Assembly (NCBI GenBank): GCA_965208325.1
Contig: OZ242326.1
Coordinates: forward strand, 192,001 to 256,000
DNA length: 64,000 nt
From: Candidatus Poribacteria bacterium
GTDB taxonomy: Bacteria > Poribacteria > WGA-4E > PCPOR2b
Reading direction: 5' to 3'
How positions within the stretch are numbered: position 1 is the first letter of the stretch; the number at the start of each line of letters is the position of its first letter. A program made the position numbers and the translations under genes. Positions 21,268 through 31,522 of this stretch are shown here, one piece after another. The notes below the pieces were generated by a model. That model saw only the letters and a list, made by a program, of their open reading frames with translations, was not told the DNA's origin and made no database searches.

Positions 21268-23523
21268 ATGGACGACACACCAAATAAGCCACCTCGGTTT
21301 TCAGACAAACAATTCGCATTAACGCTCTCGGCAATTTTCTTGGTTGCCGGTGCAGTCGTCGCATGGAATCATGAGATGTGGCGTGATGAGATGCAAGCTT
21401 GGTTGATTGCGCGGGATGCGTCCTCCGTGTTTGAGCTTTTCAATATTCTAAAGAGATATGAAGGGCATCCTAGCGTATGGCACCTTGGGCTTTATGTGCT
21501 CCAGTTCTTCACCAGCTCGCCAATCATTATGCAACCCTATCATCTACTCATCGCCGCAACGACAATCTTTGTGTTTGCGAGGTATTCACCGTTCACGCGC
21601 TTGCAAAAGACACTCTTCGCGTTCGGTTATTTTCCCTTCTATGAGTATGCCATCATCTGTAGAAATTACGCAATCGGCATATTGCTGCTGTGTCTCTTCT
21701 GCACACTCTTCACCCGCTGGAAGAAAAAATTTCCGCTTGTCGGCTTAATTCTTTTTGTGCTCGCGCACACGAGCGTTCACGCCCTGATTATCGTCATATC
21801 CGTCGCCCTGCTCTTATTCTTGGAATTACTCGTCAACTCGGACCGTCCGAATCGAATGCACATCGGAATCGGCTTTGCATTGATTCTAACTGGAATAATC
21901 ACCGCCATCTACCAGATCGCGCCCGCCGCGGACCAAGGCACGCGCCCCGGATGGACGACAAATTTCGACTGGCATCACCTGCAGAACACCTTAAATTTAA
22001 TTCCAAGGGCTTTTTACGCTATACCCCGCTCTATGCTGCACTTTTGGAATACCAATTTCTTAGATCCAATTCCGTCGTCAGCCCAGGTAAAACTTGCCCT
22101 GTCGCTGCTCACATTGCTTTTCCTCTTTTTACTGTTACTCCGAAAGCCGACGGTGCTCATGATGTATCTATGCGGGACAACCGGGTTGTTAGCGTTCTTT
22201 TATACCAAATATTTCGGTTCGGTGCGGCATCACGGCTTCCTTTTTATGCTGTTTATCGCCGCCGTATGGATATCGCATTATAGCTATGAAGCCAAACGGC
22301 TGCCGAATGCGTTGAAGGCAACCAGTTGGGGGTTGGCGAAGGCGTTCAATATTATATTCGTGTGCATCCTCATCGTTCATTGCGTTGGCGGCGTTACTGC
22401 AGCCAGGCTTGAGTTAATCTATCCCTTCTCCAACGGCAAGGCTGTCGCTGAATTCATCATTGATGAAGAGCTGGATGACATGTTAATCGCAGGCGTCGCT
22501 CCAGACGATCTGACACTGGAAGTTCTCGGATATCTGGAGAAGGACGAGTTTTACTATCCCCGCAGCGGGCGGTTTGGTTCTTTTGGCGTCTGGGACATGG
22601 CATGGCGGAACGGGAGAAGCCTACAAATCGGCGATGTGTTGCGAAGAGTTCAGCAGTTAGCGGAGGAAAGGGGCGAGGATATCTTACTCGTCTCGGCTCG
22701 TCCGCTGCCCGATGACATGCAGCGCAGTATTCCGAAAGTTTCGGCGCCCTTGGAGATTGGCAGAGCTGAAGCAGCCCACTATTTCGTAGGAGGTATAGAT
22801 GAAGTTTTCATGGCACAAAGGGCTCTCTCGCAGGAGGAAATCGACGCCCACTATAACGGGGGTGTAGCCGCCATTGCGGCGGCAAAACCGGAGGTCATTC
22901 TGGCGATGCGATTTGAAGAAGGCGAAGGGTCAGTAACCAAAGACCACTCGCCGCACGGCAATCACGGCGCACTGCATGGAGGCGCGAACTGGAGCAAAGG
23001 CAAGTTTGGCGGCGCACTCACCTTGAATGGAACCGGTTGGGTGGAAATCGGAAACAACCCGCAGCTAGAGTTAAAACACACAGATTTTACGATTGCACTG
23101 TGGGCAAAATTTGCGTCGATTGGCGTACACGGACTAATCGGAAAATCTGAGGGTCCCGGTGAACGGAACAAGTGGTGGCTCATGAACCGTCCTTCGGCGT
23201 CGCCGGGCGGCGAGATTTCGTTTCACCTCAATTGGCCCCACAGGCCGGGAATCTGGATCGGAACACCTCGGCATGCCGAGACTAATCAATGGCATCAGAT
23301 TGTGCTCGTCAAGAGCGGTAACAATTACAACTTCTATGTCGATGGTCAACTGATTGCCGCTATTCCGGACCCCTTGGTGCATTCGCCGCCTCCGGGATAT
23401 AAACTCACGGAAATTAAGCGATTTGGCCCCGCGGTAATCGGCGGAGAGGTGCCGCAATACTGCGTGTACCGATTGTCATTACCTGATAGACAAGAGAATA
23501 AAAAGGTAGGCAACAGTGAATAG
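21268..23523 (+). CDS. Multi-pass membrane protein (GT-C glycosyltransferase-like) with an inserted LamG-like domain
   Basis: HEMWRDEMQAWLIA, YEGHPSVWH and YEYAIICRNYA in a region with about 10 hydrophobic segments; LamG motifs in the C-terminal third. Confidence 0.75.
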   Translation: MDDTPNKPPRFSDKQFALTLSAIFLVAGAVVAWNHEMWRDEMQAWLIARDASSVFELFNILKRYEGHPSVWHLGLYVLQFFTSSPIIMQPYHLLIAATTIFVFARYSPFTRLQKTLFAFGYFPFYEYAIICRNYAIGILLLCLFCTLFTRWKKKFPLVGLILFVLAHTSVHALIIVISVALLLFLELLVNSDRPNRMHIGIGFALILTGIITAIYQIAPAADQGTRPGWTTNFDWHHLQNTLNLIPRAFYAIPRSMLHFWNTNFLDPIPSSAQVKLALSLLTLLFLFLLLLRKPTVLMMYLCGTTGLLAFFYTKYFGSVRHHGFLFMLFIAAVWISHYSYEAKRLPNALKATSWGLAKAFNIIFVCILIVHCVGGVTAARLELIYPFSNGKAVAEFIIDEELDDMLIAGVAPDDLTLEVLGYLEKDEFYYPRSGRFGSFGVWDMAWRNGRSLQIGDVLRRVQQLAEERGEDILLVSARPLPDDMQRSIPKVSAPLEIGRAEAAHYFVGGIDEVFMAQRALSQEEIDAHYNGGVAAIAAAKPEVILAMRFEEGEGSVTKDHSPHGNHGALHGGANWSKGKFGGALTLNGTGWVEIGNNPQLELKHTDFTIALWAKFASIGVHGLIGKSEGPGERNKWWLMNRPSASPGGEISFHLNWPHRPGIWIGTPRHAETNQWHQIVLVKSGNNYNFYVDGQLIAAIPDPLVHSPPPGYKLTEIKRFGPAVIGGEVPQYCVYRLSLPDRQENKKVGNSE

Positions 23524-23696
23524 TTGAATCGGAAGAAGGGCGGCACGGTCGGTGCGGATTCCAATCGCACCGACGGACTGGGTACATAGCGTTCGGTTAG
23601 GAAACCGACTCTACCGCAGCGAATAAATGATTATGGGATTTACAAACGACGACAGGAAATGAGCGAATTGGCGGGGAGAACTTTGGCGGGTGCCGT

Positions 23697-23984
23697 TTAC
23701 TTTCGGAATCGAATCTCGCCGTGAACTTCGACCGAGTCCACGATTGCCATGATGACCGCGTCAACCGGTTTGTCTTGGGTCGTGTTTGTCTGGCGCGCAG
23801 AGCTGCCGGCGGCGGTAAGAACAGTTTCGCCGATGCCGGCGCCAACCGAATCAACAGCTACAGTATAGCGGCTGAGTAAATTGCCGTCAAGATTCGACTC
23901 TTGGACAATCAATAACTTGCTGCCGACTAATTTTTCATCTTTTCGTGTCGCAACCACCGTACCCACGACTTTACCGAGCGTCAT
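23697..23984 (-). CDS. eutN: Bacterial microcompartment vertex protein (EutN/CcmL family)
   Basis: GKVVGTVVATRKDEKL, AVDSVGAGIGE, GSSAR, PVDAVIMAIVD. Confidence 0.95.
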   Translation of the reverse strand: MTLGKVVGTVVATRKDEKLVGSKLLIVQESNLDGNLLSRYTVAVDSVGAGIGETVLTAAGSSARQTNTTQDKPVDAVIMAIVDSVEVHGEIRFRK

Positions 23985-24232
23985 CCGAAAAATTCCTTCA
24001 CTGCTAGTTGCGTCCGTCCACAGATTTTTAAGGCAATACTACTTGAGTATGTTATACTGAATGCGCTTAAAAGTCAAGTCTTATTATCACGTTACTCTTT
24101 GCTAAATAACCCAATTTCCGCTGCGCAAATTACAACCCACTTGCTGCCGAAACCGGGATGCAGTTAACGCTTGAAAACATAGGTTTACGTATAATTTCGC
24201 ACCAAAAACACTTTACGTCAATAGGAGTTCTA

Positions 24233-25222
24233 ATGCAAAAACATACAGGCGTCATTTGTGGAATGTTGATATTTTTGATTGCACTTACAAGCTGGGGCGA
24301 TGGTACAGGTAAATTCAAAGTGGCGTTGCTCACACCGGGATCCATCAGCGACGCCGGTTGGAATGCGCTAGCATACGACGGCCTCAAACTTATTGAAACG
24401 GAGCTTGGCGCAGAAGTGAGTCACGTCGAAAGCAGAACACCTTCTGAATGGGAGGAACACTTCCGATTTTACGCCGAAAAGGGTTTCAATCTCGTCATCG
24501 GACACGGATTTGAGTATCAGGAAGCCGCGAAGGCGGTTTCCCCCGATTTCCCGAACGCCGTATTTGTCACAACTTCGGGCAGTACGGTTATGAAAAATGT
24601 CGCATCAATTGTCTTCGAGCTTGAGGAGGCGACCTATCTCTTGGGTATCATTTCCGGGATGATGACGCAAACTGGCAAAATTGGGCTGGTTGGAGGCATG
24701 AATATCCCGCCCATTAAGAGCACCTTTCTTGCGTTCGAGGAAGGAGCGAAATCCGTGAATCCCAACATTAAAATCTCTCGCTCTTATGTAGGCGATTGGG
24801 AAAATATAAGCAAGGCAAAGGAGTTAGCGCTGTCTCAAATTGCGGAAGGCACCGACTTCATCTTCCATAACGCCGACGCTGCCGGGCAGGGTGTTTTCCA
24901 CGCCGTCGAAGAGAGCCGCAAAGCAGGTAAGGACATCTACGCTTACGGCTCTAACCGCAATCAGAACCACATCGCTCCGGACGCGATTCTTGCAAGCGCT
25001 GTCATTGATACGAAGGTTTTTGTTCACGTCGCAAATCTTGTCAAAACCGGCAAATTCGAACCCAAGGTTATGCGCCTCGGCATGGCTGAAGATGAGATGG
25101 TGAAACTCGTTTACAATCCGGAGCTAAAAGATCGCGTGCCAAAAACCGTTATTGACAAAGTTGAGGAAACCCGGCAATTGATTCTTGCCGGAACATTCAA
25201 AGCGCCTAGGGTGAAGTTTTAG
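24233..25222 (+). CDS. BMP-family ABC transporter substrate-binding protein
   Basis: GSISDAGWNALAYDGL, IGHGFEY, KIGLVGG; AGGAG before ATG 24233. Confidence 0.9.
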   Translation: MQKHTGVICGMLIFLIALTSWGDGTGKFKVALLTPGSISDAGWNALAYDGLKLIETELGAEVSHVESRTPSEWEEHFRFYAEKGFNLVIGHGFEYQEAAKAVSPDFPNAVFVTTSGSTVMKNVASIVFELEEATYLLGIISGMMTQTGKIGLVGGMNIPPIKSTFLAFEEGAKSVNPNIKISRSYVGDWENISKAKELALSQIAEGTDFIFHNADAAGQGVFHAVEESRKAGKDIYAYGSNRNQNHIAPDAILASAVIDTKVFVHVANLVKTGKFEPKVMRLGMAEDEMVKLVYNPELKDRVPKTVIDKVEETRQLILAGTFKAPRVKF

Positions 25223-25295
25223 TTAAGTGTCGCGTCCAAAAATTGGTTTTGCCCCCTTCCATCCGCTCCATTAGTCAATGAAAATCCGTGCGTCA

Positions 25296-26249
25296 TTAGA
25301 ATCCAAGCTGTTTGTCCACGATATTCTTCAAGGGTTCACCGTTCAGGTAACGCTTTAGGTTTTCGCAAAAGAACTCCGCGGCGCGGCGTACGCGGTGCTG
25401 CGACCTACCCGCTACATGCGGGGTAAGAAGTACGCTGTCCATATCCCACAGCGGGCTGTCATTTGGCAACGGCTCCACTTCAGTTACATCCAACCCTGCG
25501 CCGGCAATCTTCCCCGCCTTGAGCGCCTCAATGAGTGCGGGCTCGTCAACAATCTTGCCGCGGGCGACATTGATAAGATAGGCGGTCGGCTTCATCAGCG
25601 CTAAGTTGTCCGCATTGATAAGGTGATAGGTCTCCTCGGTGAGCGGGCAAGCTATCATCACTACATCTGAGCGGCGCATCAACTCTGAGAGCTGGCCAAT
25701 CGGCATCAATTCATCGACAAAATCCGGCTTATCCTGCCGGTATGCATCTACTGCAATGATACGCATGTCAAATCCTATGCCGCGTTTCGCCATATGTATT
25801 CCAAATCCACCCAATCCAATGATACCGAGCGTTAATCCGCCAATCTCAATCAATTGATTTGGCTTACGCCATTCATGTTTGGTGTGGTTGACGGCGGCGC
25901 CCTTCACGTCGCGCGTTAGACCGAGCAATAGCGCGTACGCATGCTCTGCCGCGTGCGATCCATACACGCCCGCCACGCTTGTCAAGACAACCTCACTATT
26001 TTTTAACGCAGGATACAGTTGAGCGTCCATCCCAGCGCTGTGGCTCTGAATCCATTTGAGTCGTGTCAAATAGGAGAAAGTCTCTTCAAGACAGTTTCCG
26101 AAATAAACCTGCGCGTCCCCGCCCGTTTCGATAATCTCTTCTTGTGAACGTGGAAAGACAACAGTATGCTCTTCGCCGGCTGCCTCGCGGATGAGTTGGT
26201 GCAGCCGCTCGTTTAACACGTACACGCTAACATCAACAAGAATCTTCAT
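25296..26249 (-). CDS. D-2-hydroxyacid dehydrogenase
   Basis: GIIGLGGFG, INVARG, AGLDV, TPHVAG. Confidence 0.92.
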   Translation of the reverse strand: MKILVDVSVYVLNERLHQLIREAAGEEHTVVFPRSQEEIIETGGDAQVYFGNCLEETFSYLTRLKWIQSHSAGMDAQLYPALKNSEVVLTSVAGVYGSHAAEHAYALLLGLTRDVKGAAVNHTKHEWRKPNQLIEIGGLTLGIIGLGGFGIHMAKRGIGFDMRIIAVDAYRQDKPDFVDELMPIGQLSELMRRSDVVMIACPLTEETYHLINADNLALMKPTAYLINVARGKIVDEPALIEALKAGKIAGAGLDVTEVEPLPNDSPLWDMDSVLLTPHVAGRSQHRVRRAAEFFCENLKRYLNGEPLKNIVDKQLGF

Positions 26250-26725
26250 TCAGTTTAGTTCCTTTCAAAAATCAAAAACTCCTAAAACCTTGGCAATCAT
26301 AGCCATTGCTGCCGGTGCTAACTTCACGCCCAAATCTGCGATTGAGGGAATTGCGTGGTTGCGTTGCCGACCGCATCTCGTCGCAAACGAACACGATATT
26401 CCAAAAATTGAACTTTATGATAGCCGACCGATTCTATCACAAGCGCACGAATCCGTCAAGTCGTGAAACCACCCGCATTACCTGGCAACGAACCTGTCTA
26501 TTTAAAGGGATTAACGCATTTTTGCAAGGGTCAAGTTCAGTGCAGACTCTCTCGTTCCTTAGCTCCTTCGCCCCGGCGGCGCGGAAGGTAACTTGAAACT
26601 GAGTTTTTTCTTGAAAACTCAGTTTCTTTAACAGTGTCTAAATTGCCGCCGTGACTGATAAAGGATATTTGGATTTCCGCCTGCATCAAAGAGTGTAATT
26701 TCCAAGTGTGTTACTACGGTTTTCA

Positions 26726-26755
26726 TTGCTAATTCACCCGGCATAGAGATATAAT
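26726..26755 (+). promoter_or_regulatory. Sigma70 promoter upstream of the LamG gene
   Basis: TTGCTA-18 bp-TATAAT. Confidence 0.5.
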
Positions 26756-26888
26756 AAGAACCCTTGAGAGTTGAAAAATTTAACCGTTCCTCCTTCTCAC
26801 CTACGATGGAAAACGGTAGGAGTCAAGAAACTCCCTTTTAATTTTACAAAATTGGAATTGCTGTATTAACTCATGGGAGATGACATAA

Positions 26889-27689
26889 ATGAACCCCCCA
26901 ACTAACATTCATGCATTTATCAGCGTTGCTATCCTAATTGGCTTGATTCTCTCGGCACCCGGCTATGCCGCTATCGACCCCGATACCGCGGTGGCGGTCT
27001 GGCTCTTTAACGAGGGCGAGGGGAATGAAGTCAAGGACGAGACAGATAACCCTGCAAACCTGACGGGAGTGTTAAAGGGCAGGGAAATTACGTGGATAAA
27101 AGGTGTGTACGGTAACGCGGTAAACCTCGGAGTAGATGGCGATGTCGTAGCCGTTTCCGCGGCTTTCGGCGACGCAGCCGCTCCCACAGAAGAGATTACA
27201 ATCGTGGCATGGATTCGTTGGAATCCAAAAACCAACACCGACCTCTTTTTCTTCGTACCGCCTGAACCTTGGGATAACCGAATTGCAGTGCATTTCCCGT
27301 GGGGTGCGGACGGTATTGCATGGCAGTTTGGCAGGCCAATGGCAAACCTAAACGCCCCGATGCCAAAAAACTTTGAGGATGATTGGCATCACGTGGCGTT
27401 TACCGGCTCCGGTAAGAATATGGCGATTTGGATTGATGGCAAGATCGTCGCCGACAGGGCCGGCGTGACTCCCTTCGTACGCGGAAACAACCGCGCTTGG
27501 CATATCGGCGGTCGAGCTGGCACCACTTTCGAGGGCGGGGTTGACGAGGTGGCGGTTTTTAATGTGGTCTTGACCCAAGCAGATATCAAAGCAATAAAAG
27601 ATAGGGGACTCAGTCATGCCGTCGGATTAGCCGTCGATCCATCAGGCAAACTCACGACAGCTTGGGGCAACATTAAAACACGCGATTAA
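26889..27689 (+). CDS. Secreted LamG-like jelly-roll protein with a C-terminal WGxIK tail
   Basis: Signal peptide, VWLFNEGEG, WHHVAFT, FEGGVDEVAVFN, tail AVDPSGKLTTAWGNIK. Confidence 0.9.
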   Translation: MNPPTNIHAFISVAILIGLILSAPGYAAIDPDTAVAVWLFNEGEGNEVKDETDNPANLTGVLKGREITWIKGVYGNAVNLGVDGDVVAVSAAFGDAAAPTEEITIVAWIRWNPKTNTDLFFFVPPEPWDNRIAVHFPWGADGIAWQFGRPMANLNAPMPKNFEDDWHHVAFTGSGKNMAIWIDGKIVADRAGVTPFVRGNNRAWHIGGRAGTTFEGGVDEVAVFNVVLTQADIKAIKDRGLSHAVGLAVDPSGKLTTAWGNIKTRD

Positions 27690-27799
27690 CCGTGCGAAAA
27701 TCTTCTATGATGACGGATGGATTCGTGCGAAAACCAGACAGAATAGACATACGCCTAAAACTCATGCCATGTTCGTTCTAGCTGCAGCAACATCATAAT

Positions 27800-28567
27800 A
27801 TGGACGTATTTGACGCAATCGCCCGGCGCAGGAGCTGTCGCAGAGAGTTTCGGAAGGAACCCATCGCTCAATCCGATGTGGATAGGCTCATTGAAGCCGC
27901 GCGGTGGGCGCCATCCCCGTTTAATGTCCAACCGTGGGAGTTGCTCATAATCCGAGAAACGCAGGGCAAAAATGCGATCGCCGACCTTACCGAACGGTGC
28001 ATCATTGAGCAGTTCAAGGATGCGAAGTTTCTTGATGACAACAGCCGCTGGATGCGCTTGACGGAGGAAGAGTGGCATGCACACGGCGACGGAATTCTGC
28101 TCGCAGATCATGTTGACCTGCCGCCAATCTTACTGGAAGATCCAAAAAAACTCGCGCCGCTCCTCAAGAATGCAAAACACTTGAGCGTCTTGGGGCATCT
28201 GGGCGCAGGGCGAAAACCTGCGGAAACAATCTCCAACCTCATTCGAAACTCCCCCCTGTTAATGCTGGTATTGATGGATTGCCGAAAACGTCCGCCGGGG
28301 GACGGCGGGCGGCGCTGGATGTCGCTGAGCATGGGAGCCATGATTCAAAACCTACTGTTAGCCGCGGCAGCGCTTGAAATTGGCACACAGTTCATCAGCG
28401 CACCCCTGGAACGTCACGGGGATTGCGAACAGATTCGCCAGATTTTCAACATTCCTTCCAACTACGAAGTCGTCAGCCTATTGCGGCTGGGATATGCGGA
28501 GTCAATGCCTGCAAAGTCCGTACGTTTGGGTGCATCCGCATTTGTTAAACATGAAAAATTCAAGTGA
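27800..28567 (+). CDS. Nitroreductase family protein
   Basis: AIARRRSCRREF, APSPFNVQPW, QNLLLAAAALEIG. Confidence 0.9.
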   Translation: MDVFDAIARRRSCRREFRKEPIAQSDVDRLIEAARWAPSPFNVQPWELLIIRETQGKNAIADLTERCIIEQFKDAKFLDDNSRWMRLTEEEWHAHGDGILLADHVDLPPILLEDPKKLAPLLKNAKHLSVLGHLGAGRKPAETISNLIRNSPLLMLVLMDCRKRPPGDGGRRWMSLSMGAMIQNLLLAAAALEIGTQFISAPLERHGDCEQIRQIFNIPSNYEVVSLLRLGYAESMPAKSVRLGASAFVKHEKFK

Positions 28568-28582
28568 AAGGTAGAAACAAGC

Positions 28583-28984
28583 TTGAAAGATTCAATAAAT
28601 CACGCGCAATCAACGCAATCCGCAGAAGCACAGACGTCCGAATCCGCTCAGGGTTTTGAACCGGAAAAACACGAAATCTCGGTTCATGAGCTCAAGCAGA
28701 AACGCGATCGGAATGAGCCGATTGTGTTGCTTGATGTTCGCGAGCAGGACGAGTATGACATTGTCCATTTTGAAGACGCGCTTTTAATCCCCGTGAACGA
28801 GTTGCCCCAGCAGGCGCATCGGCTTGGTAGAGACAGCGAAATCGTCATCCATTGCCATACAGGGATGCGAAGCATGTACGCGGCTGCCTACTTATATCAA
28901 CTCGGTTATCAGAACGTTAAGAGTTTAACCGGTGGGATTGATCAATGGGCGATTGAGATTGATTCGACGCTGAATCGCTACTGA
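28583..28984 (+). CDS. Rhodanese-like sulfurtransferase (MoeB C-terminal type)
   Basis: LDVRE, HCHTGMRS, LTGGIDQW. Confidence 0.9.
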   Translation: MKDSINHAQSTQSAEAQTSESAQGFEPEKHEISVHELKQKRDRNEPIVLLDVREQDEYDIVHFEDALLIPVNELPQQAHRLGRDSEIVIHCHTGMRSMYAAAYLYQLGYQNVKSLTGGIDQWAIEIDSTLNRY

Positions 28985-29033
28985 ACCGCGTGGCGCCCGG
29001 CACGCATCGCCGCATTCGTCAAATGCGTTGAAT

Positions 29034-30263
29034 CTACGCTGCTTGCGCGTCATAACATACCTTCCCGCCGACTACAGTTAGCAGATTACAAGCGGATTCA
29101 TCAAAAATCTGCGTTACGGCCGATTGCCCGCTGTTCGGAAGTTCGATGGCGGTAAAGTCTGCCTGCCACCCTTTTTCTAACTTCCCGACGTGATTCAATC
29201 GAAGCCCGCGTCCGCCGTTAATTGTCGCCATGTCTAGAAGCGTTTCTGGTGGAAGGCATTCCCACGCTTTGCGCAAGAATCTAAGTTCATCAAGCATGCT
29301 TAAGGACCAGTTACTGGCGAGGCTGTCTGTTCCAATAGCCACGTTTACACCGGCTGCAAGCAGCCGCAAAAGCGGGTGATTGGTATGGTAAAAGTAGTGA
29401 TGGCTGCGTGGGCAAAATACAACTGACGCACCGCTGGCCGCAAGCGTCTGAATGTCTTCATCTGTCAGGTAGTTACAATGCGCTAAAAGCGGACGCGTTT
29501 CTAACACGCCAAGTGCCTTCATGTGCTGCACCGGCGTCAGATTCGGCGGCACCCAGTCTGCCATTGGAATCTGTAAAGCCTTGAGCAAGTCAGCGAATGC
29601 ACCCATCCCTGACGCCAAAAACTCAATCTCCAATTCGGTTTCTGACAAATGTGTGCACAACGGTAATTGGCGAGATAACGCGAATTCACAACAGTGTCGG
29701 TAAAGGGAGTCAGCCGTTGAATACGGGGCGTGGGGCGACACACCGTACGTTAGGAGAGCATCCGGCTCTGGCGCAGTTTCGAGATGTGAATTAATCCGCC
29801 GAACTCCAATCTGCGACCGTTCCGGTGAAAATCCCGTCGTTTCGAAAAACACCACTTTGCGGATGGGCGCGTCTTTGAGGGTTTGTACAGATTTTCCAAA
29901 TCCATGAATGTCGCCAACGGTAGTTGTTCCTCCAGCTAAACTCAATTGCACGCCGCTTTGGACTGCACTATCAACCCATGCCTTGTCCGACTGCTGATTG
30001 CGAACAATCTGCAGCAGCCAATCCGTAAGCTGCGGCGTCCGGTCAACAAACGCACCGTGGTTAGTCAACTCAAGATGGGTGTGGCTGTTTACCAATCCCG
30101 GGAGGATGGTTGCCTCGCCCAAATCTCGTATTGGACCTGCCCCCGCGCGTCGAAGTGTTGAATACCGGCCAACATCCACAATCTTCGACCCATGAATCGC
30201 AACCGCGCCGTTGTCGATAATCTGGCGGCTATTGGGAAGGATAAACTTCGCACGGAAAATCAC
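29034..30263 (-). CDS. Metal-dependent amidohydrolase (deaminase/chlorohydrolase-like)
   Basis: PGLVNSHTHLE, SPHAPYS, THLSE, AHCNYL, GTDSLASN. Confidence 0.9.
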   Translation of the reverse strand: MIFRAKFILPNSRQIIDNGAVAIHGSKIVDVGRYSTLRRAGAGPIRDLGEATILPGLVNSHTHLELTNHGAFVDRTPQLTDWLLQIVRNQQSDKAWVDSAVQSGVQLSLAGGTTTVGDIHGFGKSVQTLKDAPIRKVVFFETTGFSPERSQIGVRRINSHLETAPEPDALLTYGVSPHAPYSTADSLYRHCCEFALSRQLPLCTHLSETELEIEFLASGMGAFADLLKALQIPMADWVPPNLTPVQHMKALGVLETRPLLAHCNYLTDEDIQTLAASGASVVFCPRSHHYFYHTNHPLLRLLAAGVNVAIGTDSLASNWSLSMLDELRFLRKAWECLPPETLLDMATINGGRGLRLNHVGKLEKGWQADFTAIELPNSGQSAVTQIFDESACNLLTVVGGKVCYDAQAA

Positions 30264-30288
30264 CCGATGTTCTTCACCTTTGTCTCTG

Positions 30289-31215
30289 CTACGGTTTATA
30301 TAGCTGCTCAGGTTGCCAGCCGGGGGGATACCCTATCGGCCAGTCTGAATAGCCAAACAACTCACGGAGTCCGTCCGGATTTCCACACAGCCAAAAAAAC
30401 ATCTCTGCTGTGTCAAACCAGTCTCTGAATTGCTGGCGCGGCGGCTGAAGGAAGGGGCCGTCAACGCTATATTCCGCAGTGGCAGGGTCAAAGTCCGGTT
30501 CAACCACCCAGTCTCGCTCCGGTTGAACCGTCCGCCAATAACAGTATTTCAGCATATTGCGGATCCCGTGAGCCGTGGATTCGGACCGGCGATGCCAAAT
30601 TGAATAGACGGTGATAAAAATTGTGCCTGCCGATGCGGCGGTGTTGACCGAAGAACGAATGTTCGAATAATGCCCCATGCACCTCGAAAGCGTAAAATAG
30701 AAATGAGATGTCGGTACCAGACCCGTCGGTCCGAGTTCTACAGGCGTGTCCTGCGGATAATAGAATACCTGAAGGTGGTTGAGTGCCGGTCCGTGGCGGG
30801 AACCGCCGTCTCTATGCCAGCCCTGCGCCGGTGCGGGACATTCGATTCGATGGTTAGCCACCCCTTTTGGAAGCATGAAGTTTTTGCCCAACAGCGACCG
30901 CACTGCCCCTGCAGCCTGCGGGTTGAGAAGAACATGTTCAATGAACCAATCTTCGTTAAGCAGTTCGATAGGCTGGCCCGTCGGATTTGCAATCAAATAA
31001 TCGTATGTCCGTCGGTTTATCTCGTCCGGAACGGCGTCCTCTAGCATCAGATACCCCATTTTGCAGAATTCTACGACCTGGTTGTCGGTGAGCGAAGGGG
31101 TAATCTCGCTCAAAACCACGCCATCTTTCACTTGAAGACCGGGTTTGGAAAGTTCTACGGTTTTTGTGTCAGTTCTCACTGGGCTAATTGCCCCTTTAAT
31201 CGGCGGTCTTGCCAT
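30289..31215 (-). CDS. PhyH-family Fe/2OG dioxygenase
   Basis: WHRDG, YYPQDTP, GPTGLVPTSH, SIWHR. Confidence 0.85.
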   Translation of the reverse strand: MARPPIKGAISPVRTDTKTVELSKPGLQVKDGVVLSEITPSLTDNQVVEFCKMGYLMLEDAVPDEINRRTYDYLIANPTGQPIELLNEDWFIEHVLLNPQAAGAVRSLLGKNFMLPKGVANHRIECPAPAQGWHRDGGSRHGPALNHLQVFYYPQDTPVELGPTGLVPTSHFYFTLSRCMGHYSNIRSSVNTAASAGTIFITVYSIWHRRSESTAHGIRNMLKYCYWRTVQPERDWVVEPDFDPATAEYSVDGPFLQPPRQQFRDWFDTAEMFFWLCGNPDGLRELFGYSDWPIGYPPGWQPEQLYKP

Positions 31216-31522
31216 CTGTCCATAGTCCCTTCAGTTTCAGTGTGTTACCAAATTATTGTCGTGTCTCATTATCAGCGATTTCGTTATAACCTGCTTAAAA
31301 ATCCATCTAATTGAACATCATTAGTCTTTTGCCAAAGCCCCGGAGGGGATCTTCGATCATCAAATCGAAGATAGTTTTTTCAGTAAAATAGAAACGTCAA
31401 TTCACGATACATCGAAAGCCCCAGCCGGGCGGCAGACTACTGTTGCAGGAATTCACACACCGCTGCATCCTCTCCGGAGGTTGAATTTAATAAAACGAGA
31501 TGAGTGTGCTGAGTCAATGACG

